Assembly (NCBI GenBank): GCA_046497275.1
Contig: JAWOFX010000088.1
Span: forward strand, 100,236-132,235
Length of the DNA stretch: 32,000 bases
Direction of reading: 5' to 3'
Source: Promethearchaeia archaeon
GTDB lineage: Archaea; Asgardarchaeota; Lokiarchaeia; Sigyniarchaeales; SOKP01
In this document: in pieces, positions 17,505 to 27,309 of the stretch
How positions within the stretch are numbered: position 1 is the first letter of the stretch
Layout: each line of letters starts with the position of its first letter
The notes under the pieces: generated by a model
Databases searched by the model: none
The model's input: only the letters and a program-made list of their open reading frames with translations
Told to the model about the DNA's origin: nothing
Program-made: the position numbers and the translations under genes

Positions 17505-18917
17505 TTAAACAACTTCTAATGTTTCCTCCGGAATTTCACTACAAATCTTTTCTAGATCTATCCCTCTGTTTTTCAACCATTTCTTCCTTATGAAATAATA
17601 GACTATAGCAATAATATATAAACCCATTACAATGAGGATGATATATAATTCTGCTAACATTATCGCAAATATAGAAAGAGAACTATAAATTACGTTAAAA
17701 ACTATTAACGCTAACAAATATTTCTTTTTGATTTTAAATCTAGACTTTTCTAAGAGTTCTGGATATTTTTTTCTAAGTAAGTATGGAATAAATGCTAAAA
17801 TAATTGAGGGGATTGCTATAGTCAGAGAATTATAATATTGTAGATCTTCAAAATTGGGTTGGAATAATAATAATATTATGGATGATATACAGAAAAAAGT
17901 AACGGCCCAATGAGGTGTTCCATATCTTTTATTCACTTTCGACAAAATATAAGGAAGCATCCGATCTCTTGCCGCAGAAAACAGATCTCTTGAGTATGCT
18001 AGAATGATTGCATGAATCGTTGATGCTATAGCAATTAAAATTAAAATATTTAAAAACAATAAGAATACTCCATCTATTCCTATTTGAGTAAATACATCTA
18101 TAATGGTTATATTTTCGTCTTTTAATGTCGCCTCTTGAAAAACAGTAAAATCTAAAACCCCTGTCATAATTATTGAAACTAAAATATAGAGGATCAAAAT
18201 CATAATCAAGGAAATAAAAAGCCCTAAAGGGACATTCCTCTTGGGATTTTTAATTTCACCACCAATTTCAACAATAGCATTAAATCCCGCAAATGAAAAA
18301 CTCAATAACACAGCTCCCAGAAATATTCCCATTATCCCCGTAGGAAATAGTCCTCCTGTACCAACACCCGTTAATTTATTAATTTCAATGTTAGGAAGAC
18401 CAAATATTATGAATAATATCAAAATAAGGAAATCCCCTAAGATAGCAAGAAGTATTTGAACCCATCCCGCAAATTTCACATTAAAAATATTTATAACATA
18501 GAATATAACTAAGATGATGATTGCTGAAATATTCAAAGTACCCGGAATTAACTCATTGAAATATTGCCCAAAACCAAGAGATAAAAATGCTATTGATCCA
18601 ATAATGTGTATTATAATTGAAAATAAGACAATGAATCCAATGAAGGAATTCAATAATCTCGAAGAATATACCCATGTACCTCCGCTAACTGGAAATGCTG
18701 ATACAATATAATAAATAATAATAGCATTAATAACATTAGGAATACCAGCAATTATAAATGCTAACCAGAGTGCCGGACCTGTTTCTGCTGCCGCTGATCC
18801 CGTCTGTATTAAAATTCCTGCCCCAACAATATATCCAAAAAGAAAAAATACAACAGAAACTAATCCCAGTTCTCTACGTAATTTTTTGTTTTCTTTTTTT
18901 CCTTTTTCTTCTACCAT
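17505..18917 (-). CDS. APC superfamily amino acid permease
   Basis: About 12 TM helices; IVGAGI, FPVSGGTWVYS, FAGFNAIVEIGGEIKNPKRNVP, RYGTPHWAV. Confidence 0.9.
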   Translation of the reverse strand: MVEEKGKKENKKLRRELGLVSVVFFLFGYIVGAGILIQTGSAAAETGPALWLAFIIAGIPNVINAIIIYYIVSAFPVSGGTWVYSSRLLNSFIGFIVLFSIIIHIIGSIAFLSLGFGQYFNELIPGTLNISAIIILVIFYVINIFNVKFAGWVQILLAILGDFLILILFIIFGLPNIEINKLTGVGTGGLFPTGIMGIFLGAVLLSFSFAGFNAIVEIGGEIKNPKRNVPLGLFISLIMILILYILVSIIMTGVLDFTVFQEATLKDENITIIDVFTQIGIDGVFLLFLNILILIAIASTIHAIILAYSRDLFSAARDRMLPYILSKVNKRYGTPHWAVTFFCISSIILLLFQPNFEDLQYYNSLTIAIPSIILAFIPYLLRKKYPELLEKSRFKIKKKYLLALIVFNVIYSSLSIFAIMLAELYIILIVMGLYIIAIVYYFIRKKWLKNRGIDLEKICSEIPEETLEVV

Positions 18918-19099
18918 TGGTAATGATCTTCTTTTTATGTATATTTTAATCTTCTATTTTATTTTACTACCTAATTCTCAATTACCATAATATTCAATTT
19001 TTATGATATAGAAAAATATAAAAACCTAATATTGAAAATGAATTAATTTTTACAAAAAAATTGCTAGTCAAACTCAATCCTTTAATATAAGTATTAAAT

Positions 19100-19969
19100 C
19101 TATTTAGGAAATTGTTTTATTAATCTTTTTTGATTGATGATATCAAATGCTTCATAAATAGTAATCTTACAATTCAAAAGACCAAAAACCAAAGTTTTGA
19201 GAAGCTCAATATTATTGTTCAAAAATGAAATATAATTTAATTCTTTTTTAAGCTTTTCTTTTATCTCTTTATCTGTTTTTTTCAATTCAAAAAATTTCAA
19301 ATAGTTCTCTTCATTAACCTTAATCCCTTTTCTCAAAGCTAAAATAATAGCTGAAGCTTCGTGTTTAGAGATATTTTGGAATAGTTTATGAAATTTAAAT
19401 TTTGACGACTTTAATTCATTTATTAAATAGATTATAACTTTCTCTTGATTACCGAAAAGACTATAAATTTCTGTGATAAGTTCTAAACTCAGAGGAAATA
19501 CTCCTCTACCAATCTTAAAAGTAAGTTTTAGTTTACTATTGCTTTCATCTTCTACATTCTTAACACAATTTTTAACGTTTGAGAGGAGTTCTTTTTTATT
19601 ATAGAATGTTTTTGAATAGAAAAAATGTCCATCTAAAAATACAATCAATCCAATAGTTTTTCCTGGATCTATTGAAAGTAGTAATTTTGAGTGATTTCCG
19701 AAACCACAATGGTAAATCTTAAGAAAATTAAAAAAATACTTATCAAAATTCTCTTCATCCTTATATGGAATAAAATTTACTTTTTTATTGTTATAATTAT
19801 TGATTTTAAAAACTTCTTTTAAGGTTGTAAGAACTATTGAATCAACATTTGGAATATGTTGTCCTAAATTCAAGACTGTGAATGGAATTCCTAATTTCTT
19901 CAATTCTTTATTGAGTCTGAAGAAAAATTTTGAATTATTTGTAATTACAAATACTATTTTTTCTCTCAA
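19100..19969 (-). CDS. Hypothetical protein with an RNase H-like (YqgF/RuvX-like) domain
   Basis: LLLSIDPGKTIGLIVFLDG (first-strand DPG motif), LINELKSSK, HEASAIILALRKG. TTG start. Confidence 0.55.
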   Translation of the reverse strand: MREKIVFVITNNSKFFFRLNKELKKLGIPFTVLNLGQHIPNVDSIVLTTLKEVFKINNYNNKKVNFIPYKDEENFDKYFFNFLKIYHCGFGNHSKLLLSIDPGKTIGLIVFLDGHFFYSKTFYNKKELLSNVKNCVKNVEDESNSKLKLTFKIGRGVFPLSLELITEIYSLFGNQEKVIIYLINELKSSKFKFHKLFQNISKHEASAIILALRKGIKVNEENYLKFFELKKTDKEIKEKLKKELNYISFLNNNIELLKTLVFGLLNCKITIYEAFDIINQKRLIKQFPK

Positions 19970-20189
19970 ATCAATTAAATCAATGTAATAAAAATTAAAA
20001 ATTTTAAAGAAACTTCTTCTTTTTAAAACCCTAAATTACATCGAAAATGATAAAAATGAAGAATATGTTTATTATTTCTTTATGTTAAAATTTTTTATAC
20101 GATAAACATCTTCTTCTTATTCAAAGCTCCGTGATTGAAATTTAAATAAATTAATTTATTAAAGGAACACATTAAATATATTGTGAAAA

Positions 20190-20891
20190 ATGAATTTCCC
20201 AACTCCTAAACTTAAAAATATTTTTCAGAAAAAATTTCCAATAGATGGAATTCTTTCAATTTGGGGTGATTTCGGGGTTGGAAAAACAACTTTAGCATTA
20301 CAAATATCCATTTTATCAATAGAGAAACGAAAGAAAGTGATATATTTTTATACAAAACCTAATTTTCCCTATAAAAAATTATTCACTCTCGCTGAGGATA
20401 ATTTTTCTCAAGATATATCTCCATTTCATTCTCTCTTTGATCTTATAACAATCAAAGATTTTTCTCAATTATACTCCATTATTTTAAATTTAGAATATCT
20501 ATTTTTGACAGAAAAAAATTATAATTTAAAAACTTATCTTATTGTAATTGATTCTTTAACAGATTTATATAAATCTGAACTGAATTTCAACAATGTTGAT
20601 CAAAATGTGCGTTTAAATTATCAATTAAATCAAATCTTAGCAACATTAAAATATTTAAAACACAAATATGATTTGGATTTATTGATTATTAATGAAACAA
20701 GTAGAACAAATCAAATCGGTGAAATTAAAGAAACTCAAAGTGGTGGAAAAGTGATGGAGTATTGGATTACTGATTCTATTAAAATAGAAAGAACAAATGT
20801 TTTAAATAAACGAAAATTTAAAATCAACCGTTTTGATAAGAATAAAAACTATGAAATAATTTTAAAAATTAATGAAACAGGATTCGAATGA
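20190..20891 (+). CDS. Short RecA/RadB-like ATPase (RadA paralog)
   Basis: Walker A GDFGVGKT, Walker B LIVIDS, LLIINE, and SGGKVMEYW. Confidence 0.75.
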   Translation: MNFPTPKLKNIFQKKFPIDGILSIWGDFGVGKTTLALQISILSIEKRKKVIYFYTKPNFPYKKLFTLAEDNFSQDISPFHSLFDLITIKDFSQLYSIILNLEYLFLTEKNYNLKTYLIVIDSLTDLYKSELNFNNVDQNVRLNYQLNQILATLKYLKHKYDLDLLIINETSRTNQIGEIKETQSGGKVMEYWITDSIKIERTNVLNKRKFKINRFDKNKNYEIILKINETGFE

Positions 20892-21064
20892 ATAATTCTT
20901 CACGAGTTTCTAATTTTATAAATTCAATTCTTTATCTTTGGAATTAAAAGTAAAATGATCTAAAAATCTCTATTTTCGAATATTTAACTTTATAGTTCTG
21001 ATACTAAAATATTTTGAATTAAGAATTATATATATAAATAATAACCTTATGAGATGGTTGATTA

Positions 21065-22078
21065 ATGAAAAGTAGGGATCCTAAAAAGAAAAGGAAAGAA
21101 CGTCTTAAGTTGTCAAAATATTTGCAAAAAAATATTCCGAACTATTTTCAAAATAGAGGAGAATTAATTGAATTAATTGAAACAATAGCAGAAGCTACAA
21201 TTCCAATAAGAGGTTTATTAGAAAGAGGGATAACTTCCAGAGAAATTAATTATAGAATGAATATTACAGAAAGACAAGAGATAGCTAAAAATATATATGA
21301 AGAGGAACAAATCCATGAGGATGTCTTAACTCATTCTATTATTTTAAAAGCTATCCAAGAGGCAGATGTTGATTTTGCTTTTATTGCATCCGAAGAAGCA
21401 GAACCTATTATAGGAAACGGAAGATTCGGAATTACTATTGATCCTGTTGATGGATCTTCAAATGTAGCGGTAAATAGGACTGTTGGAACGATAGTAGGGA
21501 TTTATCAAGGAGAAGAGGGGATTATTTGTTCTTTTTATGTATTGTATGGAATCTTCACAAATCTTATTTTATCTATTAATGGAAAGGTCGCTGAGTTCAT
21601 ATTGGATTTAACACCTTATTCTATGACATTTTACCATTTTATATTTTTAGAAGAATTAAAAATGCCTAACCCAGAGCAAGGAGGTATAAGATGTTTGGGT
21701 GGAGATCCAAATGAATGGCCAGAAATATGTAATAAATATAAAAATTTGTTGATAAAAAAGAATTTTAAAGACCGATATTCTGGATCTTTCGTTGGAGATT
21801 TTCATGCTGTTATTAAATATGGTGGAATTTATTCTTATTTTCCCTCACCAAAACCTAAATTACGTCTTTACTATGAATGGATACCATTAGCTTTTATATG
21901 TAAATCTCTCGGGGGGGAATTTTTGATTATTGGAAATGAACAAGATAGCGAGAAAATAAAAAGGATTGAAAATGTTCCCTCTTTAACTATTGAAAATTTA
22001 GAGAAAATTCATTACAACGTTTGTGGTGGTCTCATTGGGAGTAAGTATGCCGTTAACCTCTATAATCAAGTAGAATAA
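21065..22078 (+). CDS. fbp: Fructose-1,6-bisphosphatase, class I-like
   Basis: ASEE, IDPVDGSSN, VGTIVGIY, RYSGSFVGDFH, GGIYSYF, KLRLYYE. Confidence 0.85.
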   Translation: MKSRDPKKKRKERLKLSKYLQKNIPNYFQNRGELIELIETIAEATIPIRGLLERGITSREINYRMNITERQEIAKNIYEEEQIHEDVLTHSIILKAIQEADVDFAFIASEEAEPIIGNGRFGITIDPVDGSSNVAVNRTVGTIVGIYQGEEGIICSFYVLYGIFTNLILSINGKVAEFILDLTPYSMTFYHFIFLEELKMPNPEQGGIRCLGGDPNEWPEICNKYKNLLIKKNFKDRYSGSFVGDFHAVIKYGGIYSYFPSPKPKLRLYYEWIPLAFICKSLGGEFLIIGNEQDSEKIKRIENVPSLTIENLEKIHYNVCGGLIGSKYAVNLYNQVE

Positions 22079-22094
22079 AAATTGAATAATATAA

Positions 22095-23345
22095 ATGAAA
22101 ATAAATAATTCTCAGATAAAATCTAGTAAGCTCAAGGTTCTAGAAGAAGGAAAGGCTAAGTTTTTTCTTTTCAATAAAGATGTTGATTCTATACCTACTA
22201 AATCAATGGATGTTTTTTTTAATAAAAAGATGGAAATCAACCGAGATATAACAAAATTAGCTGTGGATGCTTATTGCGAACTTTATGATGAGAACGATTT
22301 AACTATTGTAGATTCAATGGCAGGATCTGGAATTGGCTCAATTCGACTATTGAAAGAATCTAAAAATATAAAAAAGATATATATTAATGATATCAACCCA
22401 GTAGCAGAAGAATTAATCATAAAAAATCTTGATTTGAATAACTTGCTTAAAGGTGACAGAGAAATAATCGTCTCAAGAAAAGAGGCAAATTTTTTATTCA
22501 GTGAAATTACAGAAAATTATCTAACAAACATTCCTTCTAATCAAGAAAAACCGCATATCATTTCTATTGATCCATTTGGAACGCCTAATCTCTATACAGA
22601 CGGAGCATTTAAGGCTATTAAAAAACAAAATGGATTATTATGCATAACAGCAACAGACACTGCTGTTCTTTTTGGAGTAAAACCTAACGCATGTCGTAGA
22701 AAATATATGGCAAAGCCTTTGCATAATGAGTTTTGTAAAGAAACAGGTGCACGAATTTTATTATATTTTATTTCTCGTATCGCAAATATTAATGGTTTAG
22801 GGATTAAGCCCTTACTTACCTTTTATCATAGCCATTTTATTAGAATATTTGTAACTACAATTTCAAGTAAAAAGACAATTGCAAAACAATTAGATAATTA
22901 TGGGTATATAATCTATTGCAATGAATGTGGTAATCGATTCATTTTGAAAGATAATCCAATACACGACAGAGTTAAATGTGGATTATGTGGAGAGAAATCT
23001 GACTTAGATTACGCAGGACCTATATGGGTGGAAAATATTCATGATTATGATTTCCTTAGCAAAATTGGATCCTTAAATAAAAAATCTAAAATAAAAAATA
23101 GAGATAAATTGAATCGTATATTAGAATTTTGTAAAGAAGAATATGAAATGCCAATCTCCTATTATGACATTCATAGGTTATGTAAACAAATTAAATCCTC
23201 CCATGTTCCAACAATGGAGCATCTCTTAAAAGATTTGAATAATAATAATTATAAAGCCTCAAGAACTCATTTTAGCTTTACTTCAATAAAGACGGATGCA
23301 AATATTAATTCTATTAAAAAAATTATATTAAATTTGGATAAGTAG
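22095..23345 (+). CDS. trm1: tRNA (guanine26-N2)-dimethyltransferase
   Basis: VFFNKKMEINRD, DSMAGSGIGSIR, INDIN, IDPFGTP, ITATDTAVL, Zn finger CNEC...CGLC, AGPIW, SRTHF. Confidence 0.95.
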   Translation: MKINNSQIKSSKLKVLEEGKAKFFLFNKDVDSIPTKSMDVFFNKKMEINRDITKLAVDAYCELYDENDLTIVDSMAGSGIGSIRLLKESKNIKKIYINDINPVAEELIIKNLDLNNLLKGDREIIVSRKEANFLFSEITENYLTNIPSNQEKPHIISIDPFGTPNLYTDGAFKAIKKQNGLLCITATDTAVLFGVKPNACRRKYMAKPLHNEFCKETGARILLYFISRIANINGLGIKPLLTFYHSHFIRIFVTTISSKKTIAKQLDNYGYIIYCNECGNRFILKDNPIHDRVKCGLCGEKSDLDYAGPIWVENIHDYDFLSKIGSLNKKSKIKNRDKLNRILEFCKEEYEMPISYYDIHRLCKQIKSSHVPTMEHLLKDLNNNNYKASRTHFSFTSIKTDANINSIKKIILNLDK

Positions 23346-23354
23346 GTAGATGAA

Positions 23355-23993
23355 ATGACTTCAGATGATTCCCATCGTCATAAACGAGATAAACATTATA
23401 AAAAAGCCAAAAAAGAAGGATATAGAGCACGTTCAGCATATAAACTTATAGATATTCAGAACAAATTTAATATTTTTAAACGGGCATTTTATATTTTAGA
23501 TATTGGTAGTGCCCCTGGTTCTTGGCTTCAAGTAGCAAGAAAATATGCTGAAGAAAATATAGAAAAATATCGAGACAAATATTATCATCGAAATGAATAT
23601 AGAATACTTGGGGTAGATATTAATAAAGTCTCTCCAATTGAGAATGTAGAAACGATTAAATTAGATGCAACCAAACCCGAATTTAAGGATAAAATTATAT
23701 CTTATTTCGGCGACAAATTAGATTTGCTCTTATCCGATGCGTCAATTAATAAATCTGGCAACAAATTTGCCGATCATGTCAAACAAATACGTTTATGCTA
23801 TCACATTCTTGATCTTGGTAAAGAATTCTTAAAATATAAGGGAAATATGGTAATTAAGTGTTTTCAAGGCACTGATTTTAAGGATTTTTATGATAATTTT
23901 AAAAAAGAATTTAAGTTTGGAAAAGCCTATAAACCAAAAGCATCCAAAAAAAAAAGTAATGAAATTTACCTTATAGGAATAGACAAGATTTAA
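23355..23993 (+). CDS. rlmE: RlmE/RrmJ/FtsJ 23S rRNA 2'-O-methyltransferase
   Basis: GYRARSAYKL, LDIGSAPGSWLQV, and the K-D-K-E tetrad (YKL, LSDA, VIKCF, SNEIY). Confidence 0.93.
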   Translation: MTSDDSHRHKRDKHYKKAKKEGYRARSAYKLIDIQNKFNIFKRAFYILDIGSAPGSWLQVARKYAEENIEKYRDKYYHRNEYRILGVDINKVSPIENVETIKLDATKPEFKDKIISYFGDKLDLLLSDASINKSGNKFADHVKQIRLCYHILDLGKEFLKYKGNMVIKCFQGTDFKDFYDNFKKEFKFGKAYKPKASKKKSNEIYLIGIDKI

Positions 23994-23995
23994 TT

Positions 23996-24619
23996 TTATT
24001 GTTCCTCATATAAATTATCTCGATATTCTTCAAAATCTACTGTATATTCTTCACCCTTTAAAGACATTTTTATCCATTCAGTAAGCCATGGGCAATGGTG
24101 GGGATTATAAATATCAGGATTATCATCTGAACATTGTTCAATGAATGGACATATAAAACAAGGCTGTCTGCTAAATTTATCCCAAATCCAATCTTGTTTA
24201 CTTTTATCTATTTTAATTTCTTCTGATTCTAATCCCTCGTCATCTAATTCCTTTATTGCAAAGATATGCTTACTCCAACTTGCGTCGATCAATTCTCTCT
24301 TAACTTTAATTTTCGATTGTAATGCAAGAATATCAACAATCTCATCTAACTTATTCCTTTCTATTTCTGTTTTTTCTACTAATTCATTGAATAAAAGATC
24401 TTCTTCCCTATTAATAATTTCAAGAACTTCTTTCTCTTGTTTCTTTAAACTGCGTGTTAGATCCTTGCGCCGTTCTTCAATCCGCTCAATTCGTCTCTCT
24501 GTAGTTGTTTTTTCCTCCTCTTGACTTTCCATTCGTTCTTTTACTTTACATTTATGACGGCTTAAATACACAAACCATTTCCCACAGTAAGGACATTGTT
24601 CTTTTTTCTTTTTAGCCAT
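23996..24619 (-). CDS. RPC34/TFE-beta homolog (winged helix plus 4Fe-4S domain) with an extra N-terminal zinc finger
   Basis: C-terminal PCFICPFIEQC-x12-CPWLTEW resembles the RPC34/TFE-beta Fe-S motif; central winged-helix-like segment (EKEVLEII...LLFNELVEKT...LDEIVDILALQSKIK); N-terminal CPYC-x9-HKC. Confidence 0.72.
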   Translation of the reverse strand: MAKKKKEQCPYCGKWFVYLSRHKCKVKERMESQEEEKTTTERRIERIEERRKDLTRSLKKQEKEVLEIINREEDLLFNELVEKTEIERNKLDEIVDILALQSKIKVKRELIDASWSKHIFAIKELDDEGLESEEIKIDKSKQDWIWDKFSRQPCFICPFIEQCSDDNPDIYNPHHCPWLTEWIKMSLKGEEYTVDFEEYRDNLYEEQ

Positions 24620-24871
24620 ATGATAATCGCCTTGATATTAATCCGTTAAATTACATTTCGAAGAATAGTTATTAAAAATCTTGTTCATGTTTATAAAATT
24701 AGTATTTTAGGATTATTCAAAATATCTTTTTAAATTTTAATAATAAAACACATATATACTATAATTTTATCTTTATGATTAATTAAAAATTAATTTTTTG
24801 TTTTTATAATTATTAATATCTATTTAGATTAGAAATTACCAATAATTAAATATTATCAGCACACGTCAAGG

Positions 24872-25687
24872 ATGGATCTTTCTAAATTTTTAAATATTGA
24901 AAATACTCAGATTATCGATTTGGAAAAAAAATTTAAGCAATATAAGTCTCAAAAACAACATATCACTCTCCCTTTAGGAGCAAAAAATTTTGACTTAATA
25001 TTAGAAGGAGGATTCCGTTCTGGAAATATATATCTGGTATTTGGGGGTGCACGAACTGGGAAAACACAACTTTGCCATCAAATTTGTGTACAAGCTTATA
25101 AAAAATTATCTCATGATAAGAACTCTAAAGTTTATGAGTATATTATTTATTTTGATACAGAAAATACGTTTCGACCTGAAAGAATTAAAGAATTATCTGA
25201 ATTGACTAAAATTTCCTATACTAATGTTTTAGAATCTATATTAGTATCTAATATACTTAGCAACTCTGCATTGTTAATGAAGATGAATGATTTCGAAGAA
25301 ACTTTAAAAGAAAAATCCATAAAAGTTCTTATAATCGATACAATTAATAATCATTATAGATCCGAGAAAAGTTCCAATGAATTCTCCTTTAATAAAACAA
25401 AAGCAGAATTTACAAAAATATTGGAAAAAATCAGAAGTTTAACACTCAAATACAACCTTATTACTGTTTTAACTGCTCAAATTGCATCTAATTTTATAGA
25501 ATCTTCAATAATTAGCGAATATCCTGTAGGATTACAATATTTAAATCATTATTTCTCGGAGGAATTATATTTAAAGCATAGAGAAGAGAAAAAATGTTAT
25601 GCTCATCTCGTTAATTCTCATATTCTTCCAGAACGGAAAATTCTCTATAAGATTACCAAAAAAGGAATTACCGACTTTAAACTTTGA
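24872..25687 (+). CDS. RadA/Rad51 paralog lacking the N-terminal HhH domain
   Basis: FDLILEGGF, Walker A GGARTGKTQLCHQ, YFDTENTFRPERI, Walker B LIIDT, VLTAQI. Confidence 0.82.
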   Translation: MDLSKFLNIENTQIIDLEKKFKQYKSQKQHITLPLGAKNFDLILEGGFRSGNIYLVFGGARTGKTQLCHQICVQAYKKLSHDKNSKVYEYIIYFDTENTFRPERIKELSELTKISYTNVLESILVSNILSNSALLMKMNDFEETLKEKSIKVLIIDTINNHYRSEKSSNEFSFNKTKAEFTKILEKIRSLTLKYNLITVLTAQIASNFIESSIISEYPVGLQYLNHYFSEELYLKHREEKKCYAHLVNSHILPERKILYKITKKGITDFKL

Positions 25688-25691
25688 ATCA

Positions 25692-26522
25692 TTAAACCAG
25701 CTTATTTTCAAATTCTTTGAAGGAAATATACTTAAATTGCTTACTATCAGAGTTTGATAGAGAATTCACGAAATAGACGTCATTATCCATTTGATCTACT
25801 AACTCTTCGATTAATTTTTTAGCGTAGATAAGTTTCTTTCTTTTAATCTCATTCGCTTTTCTATTTCTAATAAATTCTGGTTTTGAATATTTTCCTACAA
25901 TTTTATTAAAATCCATACCAATGAAGAAAATTTTTTGATTTGAGAGAATGAGATTTCGAATAAAATATAATATTCTATCTCCATCAGTAAACCCTCCTGG
26001 ATTTAAAATCGGTCCCTTGGGTTTTACTTGTGTTGTTCCAATAACATTCTCCTTCTTAATTATCTCTTTTTCGAATTGTTTTACTTTATCAATATTGTCA
26101 CCGTGCCCATGAACTATAACAAACTTCGCATATTCAAATTCCGCTTTAGTTATGCCATCAAGATCCGTAAAAAGACCGTGAATTGGTATATTCATTTCCT
26201 TCAATAAGACTGATGCTCCATCCGCAGCTAAATGAACAAGATTCGCAAAATAGGACTTTTTTCTATTATCAAATAATCTGTTTACTGTCTCTTCTAAACT
26301 TGGGCCGCAGCCGTATATTAGAATATTGGAATAATTCTGAATATCTGTTCGAAAGTTGGCAAGTATTTTCTCAACCGTCCATTCTACGTTTTTTTCCTTG
26401 AAAATATTTAATAAAATATCTCTTGCTTTCCTGTCCATCTCTCGATTAAATTGAAAATCCCTAAGAATTCTTTCATAAATAGTTTTAAAATCCTCATATC
26501 TGTCAAGTATTTTCTTATTCAT
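25692..26522 (-). CDS. mptE: 6-hydroxymethyl-7,8-dihydropterin pyrophosphokinase (DUF115 family)
   Basis: GCGPSL, AADGAS, TDLDG, VHGHGDN, TTQ, GGFTDGDR, GMDF. Confidence 0.88.
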   Translation of the reverse strand: MNKKILDRYEDFKTIYERILRDFQFNREMDRKARDILLNIFKEKNVEWTVEKILANFRTDIQNYSNILIYGCGPSLEETVNRLFDNRKKSYFANLVHLAADGASVLLKEMNIPIHGLFTDLDGITKAEFEYAKFVIVHGHGDNIDKVKQFEKEIIKKENVIGTTQVKPKGPILNPGGFTDGDRILYFIRNLILSNQKIFFIGMDFNKIVGKYSKPEFIRNRKANEIKRKKLIYAKKLIEELVDQMDNDVYFVNSLSNSDSKQFKYISFKEFENKLV

Positions 26523-26644
26523 TTCACTTAAACCTCAAACATCCGAAAGAAAAGATAAAAGGACTTCAAGAATATAAATTATAATTTTTTTCTTTTTTCT
26601 ATTTCAAAAATATTAGTTGATTTATCAATATTCGTGTAGTTATA

Positions 26645-26773
26645 ATGCCTATCACAAACCATAATTACGAAGAAGAACCAGTTCATTATGATTCTCACCA
26701 ATCTAATGAAGAAAAGAAGAAGTTAAAAATTCGGTTTTATAAAATTTTTTCCAAATTTTTATATTTTTTCTAA
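26645..26773 (+). CDS. Possible small protein (42 aa)
   Basis: ATG to TAA ORF MPITNHNYEEEPVHYDSHQSNEEKKKLKIRFYKIFSKFLYFF in the mptE-gcvH intergenic gap; below the track cut-off. Confidence 0.3.
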   Translation: MPITNHNYEEEPVHYDSHQSNEEKKKLKIRFYKIFSKFLYFF

Positions 26774-26837
26774 AATTACTCTGAATTGTCATTAAAATTG
26801 AATTCAATTTTTCAATAATATAAAAGAGTTGTAATAA

Positions 26838-27257
26838 ATGTCAGAAGTAAAAGATGGCTTATATTATACGAAGTCACACCAATGGTTCAATCCCCAAAAC
26901 CACGCAGTTGGGATAACTGCTTACGCAGCCGAGCAATTAGGTGAGATATCTTTCGTTGATGTTGACCCTATTCAAGGTGAGGAAGTTTCCCAAGTCGAAT
27001 TTGATGGTGATGAACCAGCTAGCGATCCCTTAGATGCTACAGTAGAATCTAGCAAAGCAGTTGGAGACATTTACAGTCCTGTTTCTGGAACTGTTTCAGA
27101 AACTAATGGAGATTTATTAGATTATCCAGAGAGAGTAAATGAAGACCCTTACGGAGAAGGATGGCTTTTCAAAGTAGATCCTTCCAATTGGGATGCAGAA
27201 AAAGGAAATTTAATGGATGCAGGCGCATACAAAGAATTTATTGCTGGATTAGAATAA
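26838..27257 (+). CDS. gcvH: Glycine cleavage system H protein (lipoyl carrier)
   Basis: YYTKSHQW, VGITAYAAEQLGEISFVD, TVESSKAVGDIYSPVSG (lipoyl-Lys), VNEDPYGEGW. Confidence 0.93.
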   Translation: MSEVKDGLYYTKSHQWFNPQNHAVGITAYAAEQLGEISFVDVDPIQGEEVSQVEFDGDEPASDPLDATVESSKAVGDIYSPVSGTVSETNGDLLDYPERVNEDPYGEGWLFKVDPSNWDAEKGNLMDAGAYKEFIAGLE

Positions 27258-27281
27258 GAGTTTAAGTTATAACATAATTAC

Positions 27282-27299
27282 TTTCTTTTTTTTTATTTT
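27282..27299 (+). terminator. Oligo-T tract after gcvH, possible archaeal intrinsic terminator
   Basis: TTTCTTTTTTTTTATTTT about 25 nt after the stop codon; weak, since the next gene starts 10 nt later and T tracts are common here. Confidence 0.3.
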
Positions 27300-27309
27300 A
27301 AAACATCCT

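Noticed and set aside
22095-23993. trm1-rlmE adjacency as a novel RNA-modification system
   Set aside because: Both are ordinary housekeeping methyltransferases with intact motifs; the short insertion in RlmE is a minor loop variation.
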